A stretch of DNA of 64,000 bases from an uncultured Solirubrobacterales bacterium (GCA_963718935.1 OY970379.1:2770108-2834107), one strand, 5' to 3'; shown: positions 8,938 to 18,807, numbered from the stretch's first letter. Made by a program: numbers and translations. The notes: generated by a model not told the origin, from the sequence alone.

Positions 8938-9879
8938 TCAGGGAGCGAAGAACGTCTGCGAAACGTAGCGCTCGCCCGAGTCGGGCATGATCGTCACGAT
9001 CCGCCGGCCCGAGCACTCCGGCCTGGCCGCGACGTTCAAGGCCGCCCACAGCGCCGCTCCACCGGAGATGCCGGCCAGCACGCCAGCGCGCCGTGCACAA
9101 GCCCAAGCGGTGCGGATCGCGTCGTCGTCGGAGACCGCGATCACCTCGTCCAAGAGCTCGCGGTCGAGCACCGGGGGCACGAAGCCCGCGCCGATGCCTT
9201 GGATCCGATGGGGGCCCGGCTGGCCGCCGGAGAGGACCGCCGAGCCCTTCGGCTCGACCCCCACGATCCACAGTCCAGGGTTGCGTTCGCGCAGATAGGA
9301 GCCAGCGCCGGTGATCGTCCCGCCCGTGCCGACGCCAGCGACGAGCACGTCCGGGCTCTCGCCGTCCAGAGCCCGCTCGATCTCAGGGCCTGTCGTGCGC
9401 CTGTGCACATCCGGGTTGGCCGGGTTCGAGAACTGGTCGGGCAGGAACACGTCGGGCTGGGTGGCCATCGCACGGGCGGCGGCGACCGCCTCGCCCATGC
9501 CGCCCATCGACTCGGTTATCTCGACCTTCGCTCCGTACAGTCGCAGCAGACTCTCACGCTCCCTGCTCATGCCTTGGGGCAGCGTCAGCACCAGCTCATA
9601 GCCCTTGGCGGCGCACACAAGCGCCAGCGCGATGCCCGTGTTGCCCGACGTCGCCTCGACAATCGTGGTCCGCCCCGGCTCGATCTTGCCCTCCCGCTCC
9701 GCCGCCTCGATCATCGCCACACCGATCCGATCCTTCACGGACCCGCCGGGGTTGCGCGACTCGAGCTTGGCCAAGAGCTGCGTCCCGCTCTCGGGGACGA
9801 CCCCCTCGAACATCTGGGGCAGCGCGATCAAAGGCGTGTCCCCCACCAGTTCAGCAATGTTGATCGGAATTCGGGACAT
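8938..9879 (-). CDS. cysK: Cysteine synthase A (O-acetylserine sulfhydrylase)
   Basis: AKLESRNPGGSVKDRIG (PLP Lys), EATSGNTG, GVGTGGT, PHRIQGIGAGF, DSGERY; start ATG 9879. Confidence 0.97.
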   Translation of the reverse strand: MSRIPINIAELVGDTPLIALPQMFEGVVPESGTQLLAKLESRNPGGSVKDRIGVAMIEAAEREGKIEPGRTTIVEATSGNTGIALALVCAAKGYELVLTLPQGMSRERESLLRLYGAKVEITESMGGMGEAVAAARAMATQPDVFLPDQFSNPANPDVHRRTTGPEIERALDGESPDVLVAGVGTGGTITGAGSYLRERNPGLWIVGVEPKGSAVLSGGQPGPHRIQGIGAGFVPPVLDRELLDEVIAVSDDDAIRTAWACARRAGVLAGISGGAALWAALNVAARPECSGRRIVTIMPDSGERYVSQTFFAP

Positions 9880-9941
9880 CCGCCCTCGACAATAGTGGGC
9901 ACGGTGAGGCAGCGCCCTCCGAGGCTTTCGGCTTCGCCTGC

Positions 9942-10260
9942 CGCGCGCGCGTGCGTGCGCACCGTTTGAGCTCCCGAGGCCCTCAGACGTCTTGGTTCGG
10001 CCGATTCGTGCGCGCGCGCGCACACGCACAGCTGGAGCTCCAGAGGCCTCAGACGTCTTGGTTCGGCCGACTTACGCGCGTGCGCACGCGTACGCACGCA
10101 CCGTGGAGCTCCAGAGGCCCTCAAACGTCTTGGTTCGGCCGACTTACGCGCGTGCGCACGCGTACGCACGCACCGTGGAGCTCCAGAGGCCCTCAAACGT
10201 CTTGGTTCGGCCGACTTACGCGTGCGCGTACGCGCAGGCACACACGGCGCGCGCGCGCGC
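9942..10260. repeat. Four-copy tandem repeat (periods 67, 71, 72 bp): ~40-bp core GAGCTCCAGAGGCCCTCARACGTCTTGGTTCGGCCGA plus purine-pyrimidine alternating tract
   Basis: Cores start at ~9968, 10035, 10106, 10178; 29-nt perfect RY alternation at 10073-10101 and 10145-10173. Confidence 0.95.
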
Positions 10261-10276
10261 CGAGACCCGCATTTTT

Positions 10277-10669
10277 CTAGATGTAGTACATGCTGGCGCC
10301 GGCCTCGCGCGACTCGCGCTCGATCACGTCGGCGATCGTCGTCTTGGCGAGCACCGCGCGCGCGGCGGCGGCCGCGTCGGCGAACACGCTCTCGGCGTCG
10401 CGCCCGACTGGCCCGTCGAGTAGCTCGACGATCTCGAGGACGCTCACCTCGGCGGGATCGCGCGCGAATCGATAGCCGCCCTTGACTCCGCGCTGGGAGC
10501 TGACGATCCCGGCGCGTCTGAGCGTCGCGAACAGTTGCTCCAAGAACTGCACCGGCATCTCGCGCCGCCGTGCAAGCTCGCCGATCGGCACGGGCTCAGA
10601 CCCACCGCTGCGACCAAGCTCGGCGAGGGCGTTCACGGCATACGGGGACTTGCTGGTGATCGAGATCAT
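10277..10669 (-). CDS. cymR: Rrf2-family regulator, CymR-like (no Fe-S cysteines)
   Basis: ITSKSPYAV.AL.EL..FLEQLF..LRRAG.V.S.RG.KGGY; no Cys; ends MYYI; directly upstream of cysK-cysE. Confidence 0.8.
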   Translation of the reverse strand: MISITSKSPYAVNALAELGRSGGSEPVPIGELARRREMPVQFLEQLFATLRRAGIVSSQRGVKGGYRFARDPAEVSVLEIVELLDGPVGRDAESVFADAAAAARAVLAKTTIADVIERESREAGASMYYI

Positions 10670-10690
10670 CGCCGAGGCGATGCTAGGGCA

Positions 10691-11959
10691 CTACAACCAG
10701 CCACGCTCGGTGGCGATCAAGACCGCCTGGGCGCGATCGACGGCGCCGAGCTTGCCATAGATGTTGTGCAGGTGGGTGCGAACCGTGCTCGTGGAAAGGG
10801 TCAGCTCGTGAGCGATCTGCTTATAGACCTTGCCTTCAGCCAGGCGCTGGAGTACGCCCAGCTCGCGGCTGGAGAGCGGCGAGGGATCGACATGGCGCTG
10901 GCGCTGATCGGCGGCGCTGGGCAGCTCGTACATGACCCGCCGCAGCTCCTGCGGGCCCAGGCCGAGCAGACGCGCGGTCTGCAGCATCTCTACCGGGGAG
11001 ACCGAGGCCCCACGTTCGTAGTGGGCCAGCATGTCAGCCAGGCGCACGATTGCGATCTCGCCGTCGACATCCGGGTTGTGGTGGCGCTCGACGACGGTGG
11101 CGATCGAACCGGGCAAGCCCCAACGGCGGATCAGGACGCCGCCGACAAGCGCGTGGTCGACGCCCAGCTCGCGGCGCTCCTGGTGAATGCGTTCCTCCGG
11201 AGTCTTTGCGCCACGGTGGACCTGGGCCGGATAGCCGGGATAGGCGTGCAGGAGCACAAGCTTGCCGACGTCGTGAAGCATGCTCGTGACGGTCAGCCGG
11301 TTGCGGTGGGCATAACCGACCTCCGCGGCGAGTCGATCGGCCGCTTGCTGGGTGGAGATGGCATGCAGCCGGAAACGCTCTGGTGCGGCCTCCCACACGC
11401 TGGAGCGCTCGAAGAAGTCGAAGGTCCTCATCTTGCCGGCAAGGGTCCGAACGGTCTTCTCGCCCAGCAGCTCGACGGCGGCGACGACCGTGTCGATGCG
11501 CCCGCGCGCCCCTTGGGCCTGGTTGGCGACGCGCAGTACCGCGATGCTGAGTGCTACGTCTGACTCGATCGCGGCCACGATGTCGGCGGTCGCGACGTTC
11601 TCTCCGTCGACGACGGCCAACAGCCGGTTGCGTGGCTCAGCCAGAGCCGGAAACGCCTCCAGAGCCTCGAACGCGTTGGTCAAGCGCCGGCCGTGGCCTT
11701 CGGCCTGGGGGCGGGCTGGCGACGGCGCTCGAGCCTCGGCGGGGCCGGCCTCGACAGCGGCGGCTTGGGGCGCAGCTGCGTCCTTGACGCGCCCGCTCGC
11801 GCCTGCTCCCGGCCGGCCGGGAGTGGTGTTCGGACCGGCGCCTCTGCGCGCCGACGGCGAAGCCGTGGTCCTAGGGGCAGTCCGTTTGCCTTTGGTCGCC
11901 GTCGCTGGCATTGTCGAGGTACTATCGGCGCCGCTCGAGGAATTATTGAGAGGACACAT
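10691..11959 (-). CDS. HDOD domain + C-terminal LuxR HTH regulator
   Basis: FPAL..IESDVAL...VLRVAN..IDTV..AV.LLG (HDOD), LHDVGK, LGVDHA.VG..L.RRWGLP; C-terminal LSSRELGVL..LAEG...KQIA.EL.LSTSTVRTHL.NIY.KLG (LuxR). SD GGGAG before ATG 11959. Confidence 0.9.
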   Translation of the reverse strand: MCPLNNSSSGADSTSTMPATATKGKRTAPRTTASPSARRGAGPNTTPGRPGAGASGRVKDAAAPQAAAVEAGPAEARAPSPARPQAEGHGRRLTNAFEALEAFPALAEPRNRLLAVVDGENVATADIVAAIESDVALSIAVLRVANQAQGARGRIDTVVAAVELLGEKTVRTLAGKMRTFDFFERSSVWEAAPERFRLHAISTQQAADRLAAEVGYAHRNRLTVTSMLHDVGKLVLLHAYPGYPAQVHRGAKTPEERIHQERRELGVDHALVGGVLIRRWGLPGSIATVVERHHNPDVDGEIAIVRLADMLAHYERGASVSPVEMLQTARLLGLGPQELRRVMYELPSAADQRQRHVDPSPLSSRELGVLQRLAEGKVYKQIAHELTLSTSTVRTHLHNIYGKLGAVDRAQAVLIATERGWL

Positions 11960-12027
11960 GCATCTCCCGCTCCCCCGGCCGGGTCGCGCTCCATGTAGCC
12001 CTCCGCGGACGCAGCCGCCGCGCGGTC

Positions 12028-13413
12028 TCAGCCGGCTCGTGCAGACTCAGATTCTAGCACAGATTCCAACATTCGGTCTATTCGTCTGAGGGTCTCCGGC
12101 TGTCCCAGCAGCACGACGCTCTCGAATATTCCGGGCGAAACGGTCGTTCCGGCGATCGCTACGCGCAGCGGCTGAAAGACCTCGCGTGGCTTGACCGCGA
12201 GTCGAGCGACCAGAGCTTCCAGAGCCCTTCCGACCTCGAACTCGCTGAACTCGTCGAGCTCCGCGAGGACCGCCCGCGCCTGACCGAGCCTCGCACGCCC
12301 GTCATCTCCCAGCCAGCGCTCCCTGGCCTTGGCGTCCTCAACGGGCTCCCCCAACAGTGGCCCGGCCAGCGGCCAGAAGTCGGCCAAAGTCGAGATCTTC
12401 TCCTGACTGATCGCCACCGCGCGGTCCAGTCGCGGATCCTGGGCGGCCCGCTCGTGCCCTTCTTCGCGCAGGCGCCCCGCGACGCGTTCGGTCAGCTCCT
12501 TGGCGGCCAGCCTTCGGATCCAGACGCCGTTGAGCCACTTGAGCTTGGCCTCGTCGAAGCGCGCCGGGTTGCGACTGACCTGATCCAGCTCGAAGCGCTC
12601 AACGAGCTCGGCGGTGCTGAGCACGGTTTCGTGCCCGTCGCCGGGACCCCAACCCAAGAGCGCCAAATAGTTGCGCACCGCCTCGGGCAGATAGCCGCTC
12701 TCGCGCAACTCCTGCACCGAGGCAGCGCCATGGCGCTTCGAGAGCTTCTTGCCGTCCGGCCCGTGCAGCAGCGGCAAATGCGCGTAGATGGGTTGGGGCG
12801 CGCCTAGCGCCTCCAGGACGAGCAGCTGCTTGGGGGTGTTCGAGAGGTGGTCCTCGCCGCGCACCACGTGCGTGATGCCGGCGTCGAGGTCGTCGATCGC
12901 GACGGCGAAGTTGTAGAGCGCCGACCCGTCGGCCCTGGCGATCACGGGATCGTCGAGATGGGCATGCGCGAAGACCGTGTCGCCGCGGACCGCGTCGTGC
13001 ACGACCGTCTCGCCTTCGTCGGGCACACGCAGGCGGACGGCGCCGTCGGCCTCGGCCTCACCGCGAAAACCGCGGTCGGCGCCGTTCAGCCGCTTGTACT
13101 CCTTGACGTCCTCTGCGATCGCGTTGCTGCGGTAGGCGTGGCCTTCTCGCAAGAGCCGCTCGAGCGCCTGGCGGTGGCGCTCGGCGCGCTCTGTCTGCAT
13201 GATCGGCCCTTCGTCCCAGTCGAGCTCGAGCCACTCGAGCGCGTCGATGATCTGCGCGACGTTCTCGGGTGTCGAGCGCTCACGGTCGGTGTCCTCGATA
13301 CGCAGGACCAGCTTGCCGCCGCTGTGGCGGGCGAGCAGCCAGTTGAACAGGGCGGTACGCGCACCGCCGATGTGCAGGGCGCCCGTGGGCGATGGCGCGA
13401 AGCGAACCTTCAT
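12028..13413 (-). CDS. gltX: Glutamyl-tRNA synthetase
   Basis: VRFAPSPTG.LHIGGARTALFNWL, LRIEDTD.ERS, HVVRGEDH.SNT, KLSKR; start ATG 13413. Confidence 0.96.
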   Translation of the reverse strand: MKVRFAPSPTGALHIGGARTALFNWLLARHSGGKLVLRIEDTDRERSTPENVAQIIDALEWLELDWDEGPIMQTERAERHRQALERLLREGHAYRSNAIAEDVKEYKRLNGADRGFRGEAEADGAVRLRVPDEGETVVHDAVRGDTVFAHAHLDDPVIARADGSALYNFAVAIDDLDAGITHVVRGEDHLSNTPKQLLVLEALGAPQPIYAHLPLLHGPDGKKLSKRHGAASVQELRESGYLPEAVRNYLALLGWGPGDGHETVLSTAELVERFELDQVSRNPARFDEAKLKWLNGVWIRRLAAKELTERVAGRLREEGHERAAQDPRLDRAVAISQEKISTLADFWPLAGPLLGEPVEDAKARERWLGDDGRARLGQARAVLAELDEFSEFEVGRALEALVARLAVKPREVFQPLRVAIAGTTVSPGIFESVVLLGQPETLRRIDRMLESVLESESARAG

Positions 13414-13471
13414 TGTCGAACCCTCATAGGATGCGCGGCATGCTAGCCGTCGTCGCCCCAGAGACCTCGAA

Positions 13472-14335
13472 ATGCTGATCGGCGCGCACGTATCCCCCGC
13501 GGGTGGCCTGCCAAAGGCGATCGAACGAGGGGTCGAGCGCGGCTGTGAGGCGATCCAGATCTTCAATCAGTCGCCGCGCATGTGGAAACCGACCGCCTAC
13601 ACCGAGGCAGACTTCGCCGCGTTCCGCCAGGCCATGTCCGACAGTCCGATCGAAGCGGTCCTGATCCACGCGGTCTACTTGCTGAACTGTGCCAGCGACG
13701 ATGCCGACATCCGCGCCAAATCGCTGGCTTCGCTGACGCACTCCCTGCGCGTCGGTCAGGCGATCGGCGCCGCCGGGGTGGTCCTGCATCCGGGCTCGGC
13801 CAAGACCGGCGACGTCGGCGAGGCGATTGAGCGCGCCGGCGAGACGATTGGGCAGGCCCTGGCCGACAGCGAAGGCTGTGAGCTTCATCTGGAGAACACG
13901 GCCGGCGCGGGCGGGACGCTCGGGCGCTCCTTCGAGGAGCTGCGGGCGCTGCTCGACGCGGCCGGCGGCGACGAGCGGCTCGGGGTGTGCTTGGACTCCT
14001 GCCACCTACTCGCCTCCGGCTATGACATCCGCACCGGCCCCGGCATGGCGTCGGTGCTGCGCGACGCCAACCGCAAGCTCGGCCGCGGGCGCGTCAGGTC
14101 GCTGCACTTGAACGACTCCCAGACCCCACTGGGCTCGAACCGCGATCGCCACGCCAACGTCGGCGAGGGCGAGCTCGGCGAGGAGGGCTGTATGGCGTTC
14201 CTGTCGGCCAAAGGACTACAGCGACTGCCGTGCGTGCTCGAGACCCCCGGCGAGGAACGAGCCGGTCCTTCGCGCCAAGAAGTCGAGCTTGCGATGGCCT
14301 TGCGTAAACAGGGTCTGGCGAGAGCCGGCGGCTGA
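13472..14335 (+). CDS. nfo: Endonuclease IV (AP endonuclease family 2)
   Basis: MLIGAHVS..GG, HAVYLLN, VLHPGS, LENTAG, CLDSCH, HLNDS, DRHANVGEG, LETP. Confidence 0.95.
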   Translation: MLIGAHVSPAGGLPKAIERGVERGCEAIQIFNQSPRMWKPTAYTEADFAAFRQAMSDSPIEAVLIHAVYLLNCASDDADIRAKSLASLTHSLRVGQAIGAAGVVLHPGSAKTGDVGEAIERAGETIGQALADSEGCELHLENTAGAGGTLGRSFEELRALLDAAGGDERLGVCLDSCHLLASGYDIRTGPGMASVLRDANRKLGRGRVRSLHLNDSQTPLGSNRDRHANVGEGELGEEGCMAFLSAKGLQRLPCVLETPGEERAGPSRQEVELAMALRKQGLARAGG

Positions 14336-14416
14336 CAAGAGGCCAGCCGGCGAGATGCCGGCCAAACGAGGCGCTGGCCGGCGCGTCCACGGACAGGCGG
14401 CGGCGGGCCCGAGCGC

Positions 14417-17400
14417 TCAGCCGGCGGCGGCCGCAGCCGGCTGCTCCCGATCCGGCAGGGCCGGGGCGAGCGCGTTGTCGAGCTCAGCCCGCAGACTGGG
14501 CGTATTTTGTACGCGGAATTCGTCACCCAGACGCAACCTGCGGACGCCGGCCGAGGTTTCGATGTCGAGCAGGATCTCGGCGGGGCCGGCATAGTCTTCG
14601 GCGAGCTGCTTGATGTCCTCGATCGCGCCGGCCCGCAGGTCAGCGGCCCGTGCGTGCGCGCACACTGGCTTGGCCAGGGTCACGGCCCGCTTGGCCTCGC
14701 TCTCGGCCTGGCCGCGCGCCTCTTCGATCTCCTGCTCGGACGGCGCGAAAACCTCGGCGCTCTGAACGACCAGACAGGTCTTGCCGGCTTCCTTGTGGTC
14801 GACCCGCCCGCGTACGAGCACAACCTGGTCGACGGCGAGCGCCGTCTCGTGCTCGGCCAACGCCTTGCCGAAGACCAACAGTTCGACGGCGCCACCGAGA
14901 TCGTCGAGCGTCGCGAACATCATCGGGTCGCCGGCCCGCGTGCGAATGCGCTTGGTCTCGACGACGATCCCGCCGACCGTGACCCAGTCCTTGTCGCGGC
15001 GCTCGGCGAGCGCTTGCAGCGGGCAGTCGGTGCGCGCGCGCATGATCTCTCGCAGGGGCTTGAGTGGATGCGCCGAGACGAACAGGCCGATCGCCTCCTT
15101 CTCGACCGCCAGCAGCTCGGCCTGCTCGAACTCCTCGCTTGGAATCGGCGGGTGGGTCGGCCGCGCGAACGCGTTGACGGGCCGCGCGGCGTCCGCCGTC
15201 GGCGTCTGCTCGGCTTCGGCGAGATCGAAGATCGAGCCCTGGCCGATCTGGGCGTCCTGCTGGATCTTCTGGCCGGCCGCCTGGGCCTGTTCGAGCACCG
15301 ACAACATGCCCTTGCGACTCGCTCCCGTCGAGCCGAACGCGCCGCACTTGACGAGCGCCTCGATCGCCTTCTTGTTGACCGCCCTGCTGTCCACGCGCTC
15401 GCAGAAGTCCCACAGCGAGACGAAGTCTCCGCCCTCTTCGCGGGCCCGTTTGATCGCCTCCACGGCCTGATAGCCGACGCCCTTGACAGCGTCAAGACCG
15501 AACCTGATGTTGCCGATCAAGCCCGCCGGCCCGGCCGACCCAGCTCCCTGGGCCGCGTGCCCCCCCGGTGTCCCGACCGTGAACTCGTGGTCTGAGAGGT
15601 TCACGTCGGGAGGCAATATCTCGATTCCCATCTCCTCGCAGCGGGCCACGAAGAACGGGACCTTGTCCTTTGTTGACATCACCGAAGAGATCAGCGCCGC
15701 CATGTACTCGGCCGGATGGTTTGCCTTCAGCCAGGCGGTGCGATACGCGATCAGTCCGTAGCAGGCGGCATGGCTCTTGTTGAACGAGTAGTCGGCCGAG
15801 CGTTCGTTGGTCTGCCACAGGAAGTCGATCGTGGCCTGGCTCGTCCCCGACGCGCGGCAGCCCTCCACGAACTCCGGCTTGAGCGCCGCCATCGCCGCGC
15901 GGTTCTTCTTGCCGATCGCCTTGCGCAGATCGTCGGCCTTGGCCCCCGAGAAGCCGGCCAGCTCCTTGGAGATCTGCATTGCCTGCTCCTGATAGAGGAT
16001 CACCCCCTTCGAGGACTGCAAGATCGGGCGCAAACGCTCGTCCGGGTATGCGATCGCCCCGGGGTTGTGCTTTCCCTTCGCGTATACCGGGATCTGATCC
16101 ATCGCCCCCGGCCGGTACAGCGCGTTCAGCGCCACAAGGTCGTCGAATTCGTCGGGCTTGACCTTCTTGAGGGCCTCTTTCATGCCTTCGGACTCGAACT
16201 GGAACACTCCGGTCGAGTCCCCGCGCGTCAGCATCTCGTACGTCGCTCGGTCGTCGAGGGGCAGGCTCGTCATGTCCGGGCGCACGCCGGTCGAGCGCTC
16301 GATGATGTCCAGGGCATCCTCGATCACATCGAGGTTGCGCAGACCCAAGAAGTCCATCTTGAGCAGGCCGATGTCCTCGATCGGCTTCATCGAAAACTGC
16401 GTGACCGTACGAAACGCGCGCTCGCCGTTCTCGTCCGCGCCGGCGTCGGCGAGCTGCAGGGGCACGATGTCGGTCAACGGACGGTCCGCGATCACCACCG
16501 CGGCGGCGTGGATCGAGCTGTTGCGCACGATTCCCTCAAGGCCCTGCGCCACCTCGACTATCCGCTTGGCCTCGGGCTCGGCATCGCAGGCCTTGCGCAA
16601 CGGTTCCCCCGCTTTCAGACATTCCTCGAAGGAGGGCGCCCTGCCCATGATCGGGTCCGGGATCAGCTTCGCCAGGCGATCGCCGGTGCCGTAGTCGAAG
16701 CCCAGCACCCGCGCCGCGTCGCGGGTGGCGGCGCGCGGGAACATCTTGCCGAACGTGACGATCTGCGCGACCGACTCGCGACCGTACTTGTCGGTCACGT
16801 ATTTCATGACCCGCTCGCGCCCGCGCACCGAGAAGTCGATGTCGATGTCCGGCATCGACACGCGCTCCGGGTTCAGGAAGCGCTCGAACAGGAGGTCGTA
16901 CCGCAGCGGGTCGACGTCGGTGATCGACAAGCAGTAAGCGACGATCGAGCCGGCCGCCGAACCGCGGCCCGGGCCCACGGCGATGCCGTTCTCCTTGGCG
17001 AACTTGACGAAATCCCAGACGATCAGGAAGTAGGCGTTGAAACCCATCCGGTCGATCACGCCCAGCTCCATCTCCACGCGCTCGATCGCCTCGGCCGGGA
17101 CCGGGTCGCCGTAGCGCAGCTTCACTCCTTCGAGCACGCGCGCGCGCAGATAATCGCGCTCGCCGGTCCCATCGGGGGTCTGGAAGCGCGGGATCAGCTG
17201 CTTGCCGAGCTCGATCTGCACCGAGCAGCGCTCGGCGATCTCGAGCGTGCTGGCGATCGCCTCCGGCCACTGCGCGAAGGCTTGGGTCATCTCGGCGTTG
17301 TCGCGCAAATAGAACTCGTTGTTGTCGAACGTCAGCTTCGGCGCCGCCAGGGTGCTCTTGGTCTGCACGCACAGCAGCGCGGTGTGGTGGTCGTAGTCCT

Positions 17401-18067
17401 CACGCCTCAGGTAGTGCACGTCGCCCGTGCCGACCAGGCTGCCGCCCAGTTCCCGCGCGATCCGGACGATCCCTTCGTTGCACTTCTCTTGGGGCGCCAG
17501 ACCGTTCTTCTGGACCTCGAAGTAGACGTTCTCAGGCCCGAAGATGGCGCGCAGGTCATCGGCGTGCGCGCGCGCGTCCTCGGGGCGATCCTCGAGCAGC
17601 CGCTGACAGAAGCGCGAGGCCAGGCAGCCGGTGAGCGCGATCACACCGTCCGAGTGGCGCTCGATCTGCGCGAGATCGACGGTCGGCTTGCCACGGTTCA
17701 GCCCTTCCAGGAAGCCCGCCGAAGAGAGCTTGACCAGGTTGCGGTAGCCCTCGTCGGTGGCGGCCAAGAGCGTCAGGTGATTGCGCTGGACCTTCGGCGC
17801 GCCGCCCTTTGTGGCGCCGTCGGAGCCGGCGGCGACGGCGTGGTCGTCGACGAGATAGATCTCACAGCCGACGATCGGCTTGACACCGTGCTTGGCGCAC
17901 GCCTTGTGCAGCTCGACCGCGCCATTCATCACGCCGTGGTCGGTCAGTCCCAGCGCTGGCTGACCGAACTCGGCGGCCCTGGCCGCCAAGGCCTCGATCT
18001 TGCAGGCGCCGTCGAGCAGCGAATACTCGGAGTGGACGTGCAGATGGGCGCAGGCCGGAACGGTCAC
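14417..18067 (-). CDS. dnaE: DNA polymerase III alpha subunit
   Basis: PHP HLHVHSEYSLLDGA, GPGRGSAAGS, LLFERFLNPERVSMPDIDIDF, KMDFLGLRNL, YSFNKSHA, OB fold; no intein seen. Confidence 0.98.
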   Translation of the reverse strand: MTVPACAHLHVHSEYSLLDGACKIEALAARAAEFGQPALGLTDHGVMNGAVELHKACAKHGVKPIVGCEIYLVDDHAVAAGSDGATKGGAPKVQRNHLTLLAATDEGYRNLVKLSSAGFLEGLNRGKPTVDLAQIERHSDGVIALTGCLASRFCQRLLEDRPEDARAHADDLRAIFGPENVYFEVQKNGLAPQEKCNEGIVRIARELGGSLVGTGDVHYLRREDYDHHTALLCVQTKSTLAAPKLTFDNNEFYLRDNAEMTQAFAQWPEAIASTLEIAERCSVQIELGKQLIPRFQTPDGTGERDYLRARVLEGVKLRYGDPVPAEAIERVEMELGVIDRMGFNAYFLIVWDFVKFAKENGIAVGPGRGSAAGSIVAYCLSITDVDPLRYDLLFERFLNPERVSMPDIDIDFSVRGRERVMKYVTDKYGRESVAQIVTFGKMFPRAATRDAARVLGFDYGTGDRLAKLIPDPIMGRAPSFEECLKAGEPLRKACDAEPEAKRIVEVAQGLEGIVRNSSIHAAAVVIADRPLTDIVPLQLADAGADENGERAFRTVTQFSMKPIEDIGLLKMDFLGLRNLDVIEDALDIIERSTGVRPDMTSLPLDDRATYEMLTRGDSTGVFQFESEGMKEALKKVKPDEFDDLVALNALYRPGAMDQIPVYAKGKHNPGAIAYPDERLRPILQSSKGVILYQEQAMQISKELAGFSGAKADDLRKAIGKKNRAAMAALKPEFVEGCRASGTSQATIDFLWQTNERSADYSFNKSHAACYGLIAYRTAWLKANHPAEYMAALISSVMSTKDKVPFFVARCEEMGIEILPPDVNLSDHEFTVGTPGGHAAQGAGSAGPAGLIGNIRFGLDAVKGVGYQAVEAIKRAREEGGDFVSLWDFCERVDSRAVNKKAIEALVKCGAFGSTGASRKGMLSVLEQAQAAGQKIQQDAQIGQGSIFDLAEAEQTPTADAARPVNAFARPTHPPIPSEEFEQAELLAVEKEAIGLFVSAHPLKPLREIMRARTDCPLQALAERRDKDWVTVGGIVVETKRIRTRAGDPMMFATLDDLGGAVELLVFGKALAEHETALAVDQVVLVRGRVDHKEAGKTCLVVQSAEVFAPSEQEIEEARGQAESEAKRAVTLAKPVCAHARAADLRAGAIEDIKQLAEDYAGPAEILLDIETSAGVRRLRLGDEFRVQNTPSLRAELDNALAPALPDREQPAAAAAG

Positions 18068-18100
18068 CGTGAGTTCGATGTTAGGCGCCGAGCCGGCGGC

Positions 18101-18697
18101 CTAACGAGCCTCACGCCGCTGTTTGCGGGCATACCGCAGGCGCCCGATCAAAGACATGCTGTGCTTGTGGGGCTTGGGCGCCGGCGTGGGCGCAGGCGCT
18201 TGCTGCGCGCGCGCACGCAAACGCTCGACGGCAGCGGCCAAGGCGTCGGCCATCTCCTCGCGCTGCGGCGCCGCGGGGACCACCGAGGAGGGCGCGATCG
18301 GCGCCGCCGGCCGCTCGGCGAGGCCACGCAGGCGAATCGTCACGTCCCTGAGCTCACCGACGGTCACGGCCATCCGGCGATGACTCTCGCGGATCGTCTC
18401 CAGCGCGCCCTCGACACGCTCCAAGCGCTCGACCAGCCCCGCCGTACGAATCGTGTCTCCTTCGGACTCTGTCAAGCGCTGCTGCAAGCTGAAGACGTGG
18501 GCTTCGAGCGTCCTGACGGTCGCCTCGGCCGCCTCGGCGCGGCGCAGGAGGATCTGCTCGGCGGGCTCGTTCGCGCGGCGCGCGCGGCGCTCGGCCAGTA
18601 GATCGGGCTCGTCCGGGCGCGGCGCACCGCCGCCGGGCACCGAAGGCGGCGGCGAAGAAGAACGTGGTGGCGGGGTTCCCTCGGCGATCGTGCTCAT
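18101..18697 (-). CDS. Hypothetical coiled-coil protein
   Basis: 198 aa with Pro-rich N-terminus and heptad-like central helix; fills the argG-dnaE gap on the operon strand; no family recognised. Confidence 0.55.
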   Translation of the reverse strand: MSTIAEGTPPPRSSSPPPSVPGGGAPRPDEPDLLAERRARRANEPAEQILLRRAEAAEATVRTLEAHVFSLQQRLTESEGDTIRTAGLVERLERVEGALETIRESHRRMAVTVGELRDVTIRLRGLAERPAAPIAPSSVVPAAPQREEMADALAAAVERLRARAQQAPAPTPAPKPHKHSMSLIGRLRYARKQRREAR

Positions 18698-18807
18698 CTG
18701 GGCTCGCCAGTGAGCCTACGGGCCCGGCCGGACAGTTCGGCAGCGCTCCCGATTGGGGCCGGGTGCGTGTGCGCGCGCGGGCACGCGCGCACGCGCGAAT
18801 CCTCGGG

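Noticed and set aside
9942-10260. CRISPR array
   Set aside because: The spacers are near-identical low-complexity tracts, not unique sequences; no cas genes in the window.
9828-10485. Repeat-encoded ORFs (9828-10241 -, 9951-10280 +, 9992-10423 +)
   Set aside because: Translations simply mirror the DNA repeat, overlap cysK or rrf2, and have no protein-family features.
14417-18067. Intein in dnaE
   Set aside because: Length and continuous motifs fit an uninterrupted alpha subunit; no splice-junction motifs seen.
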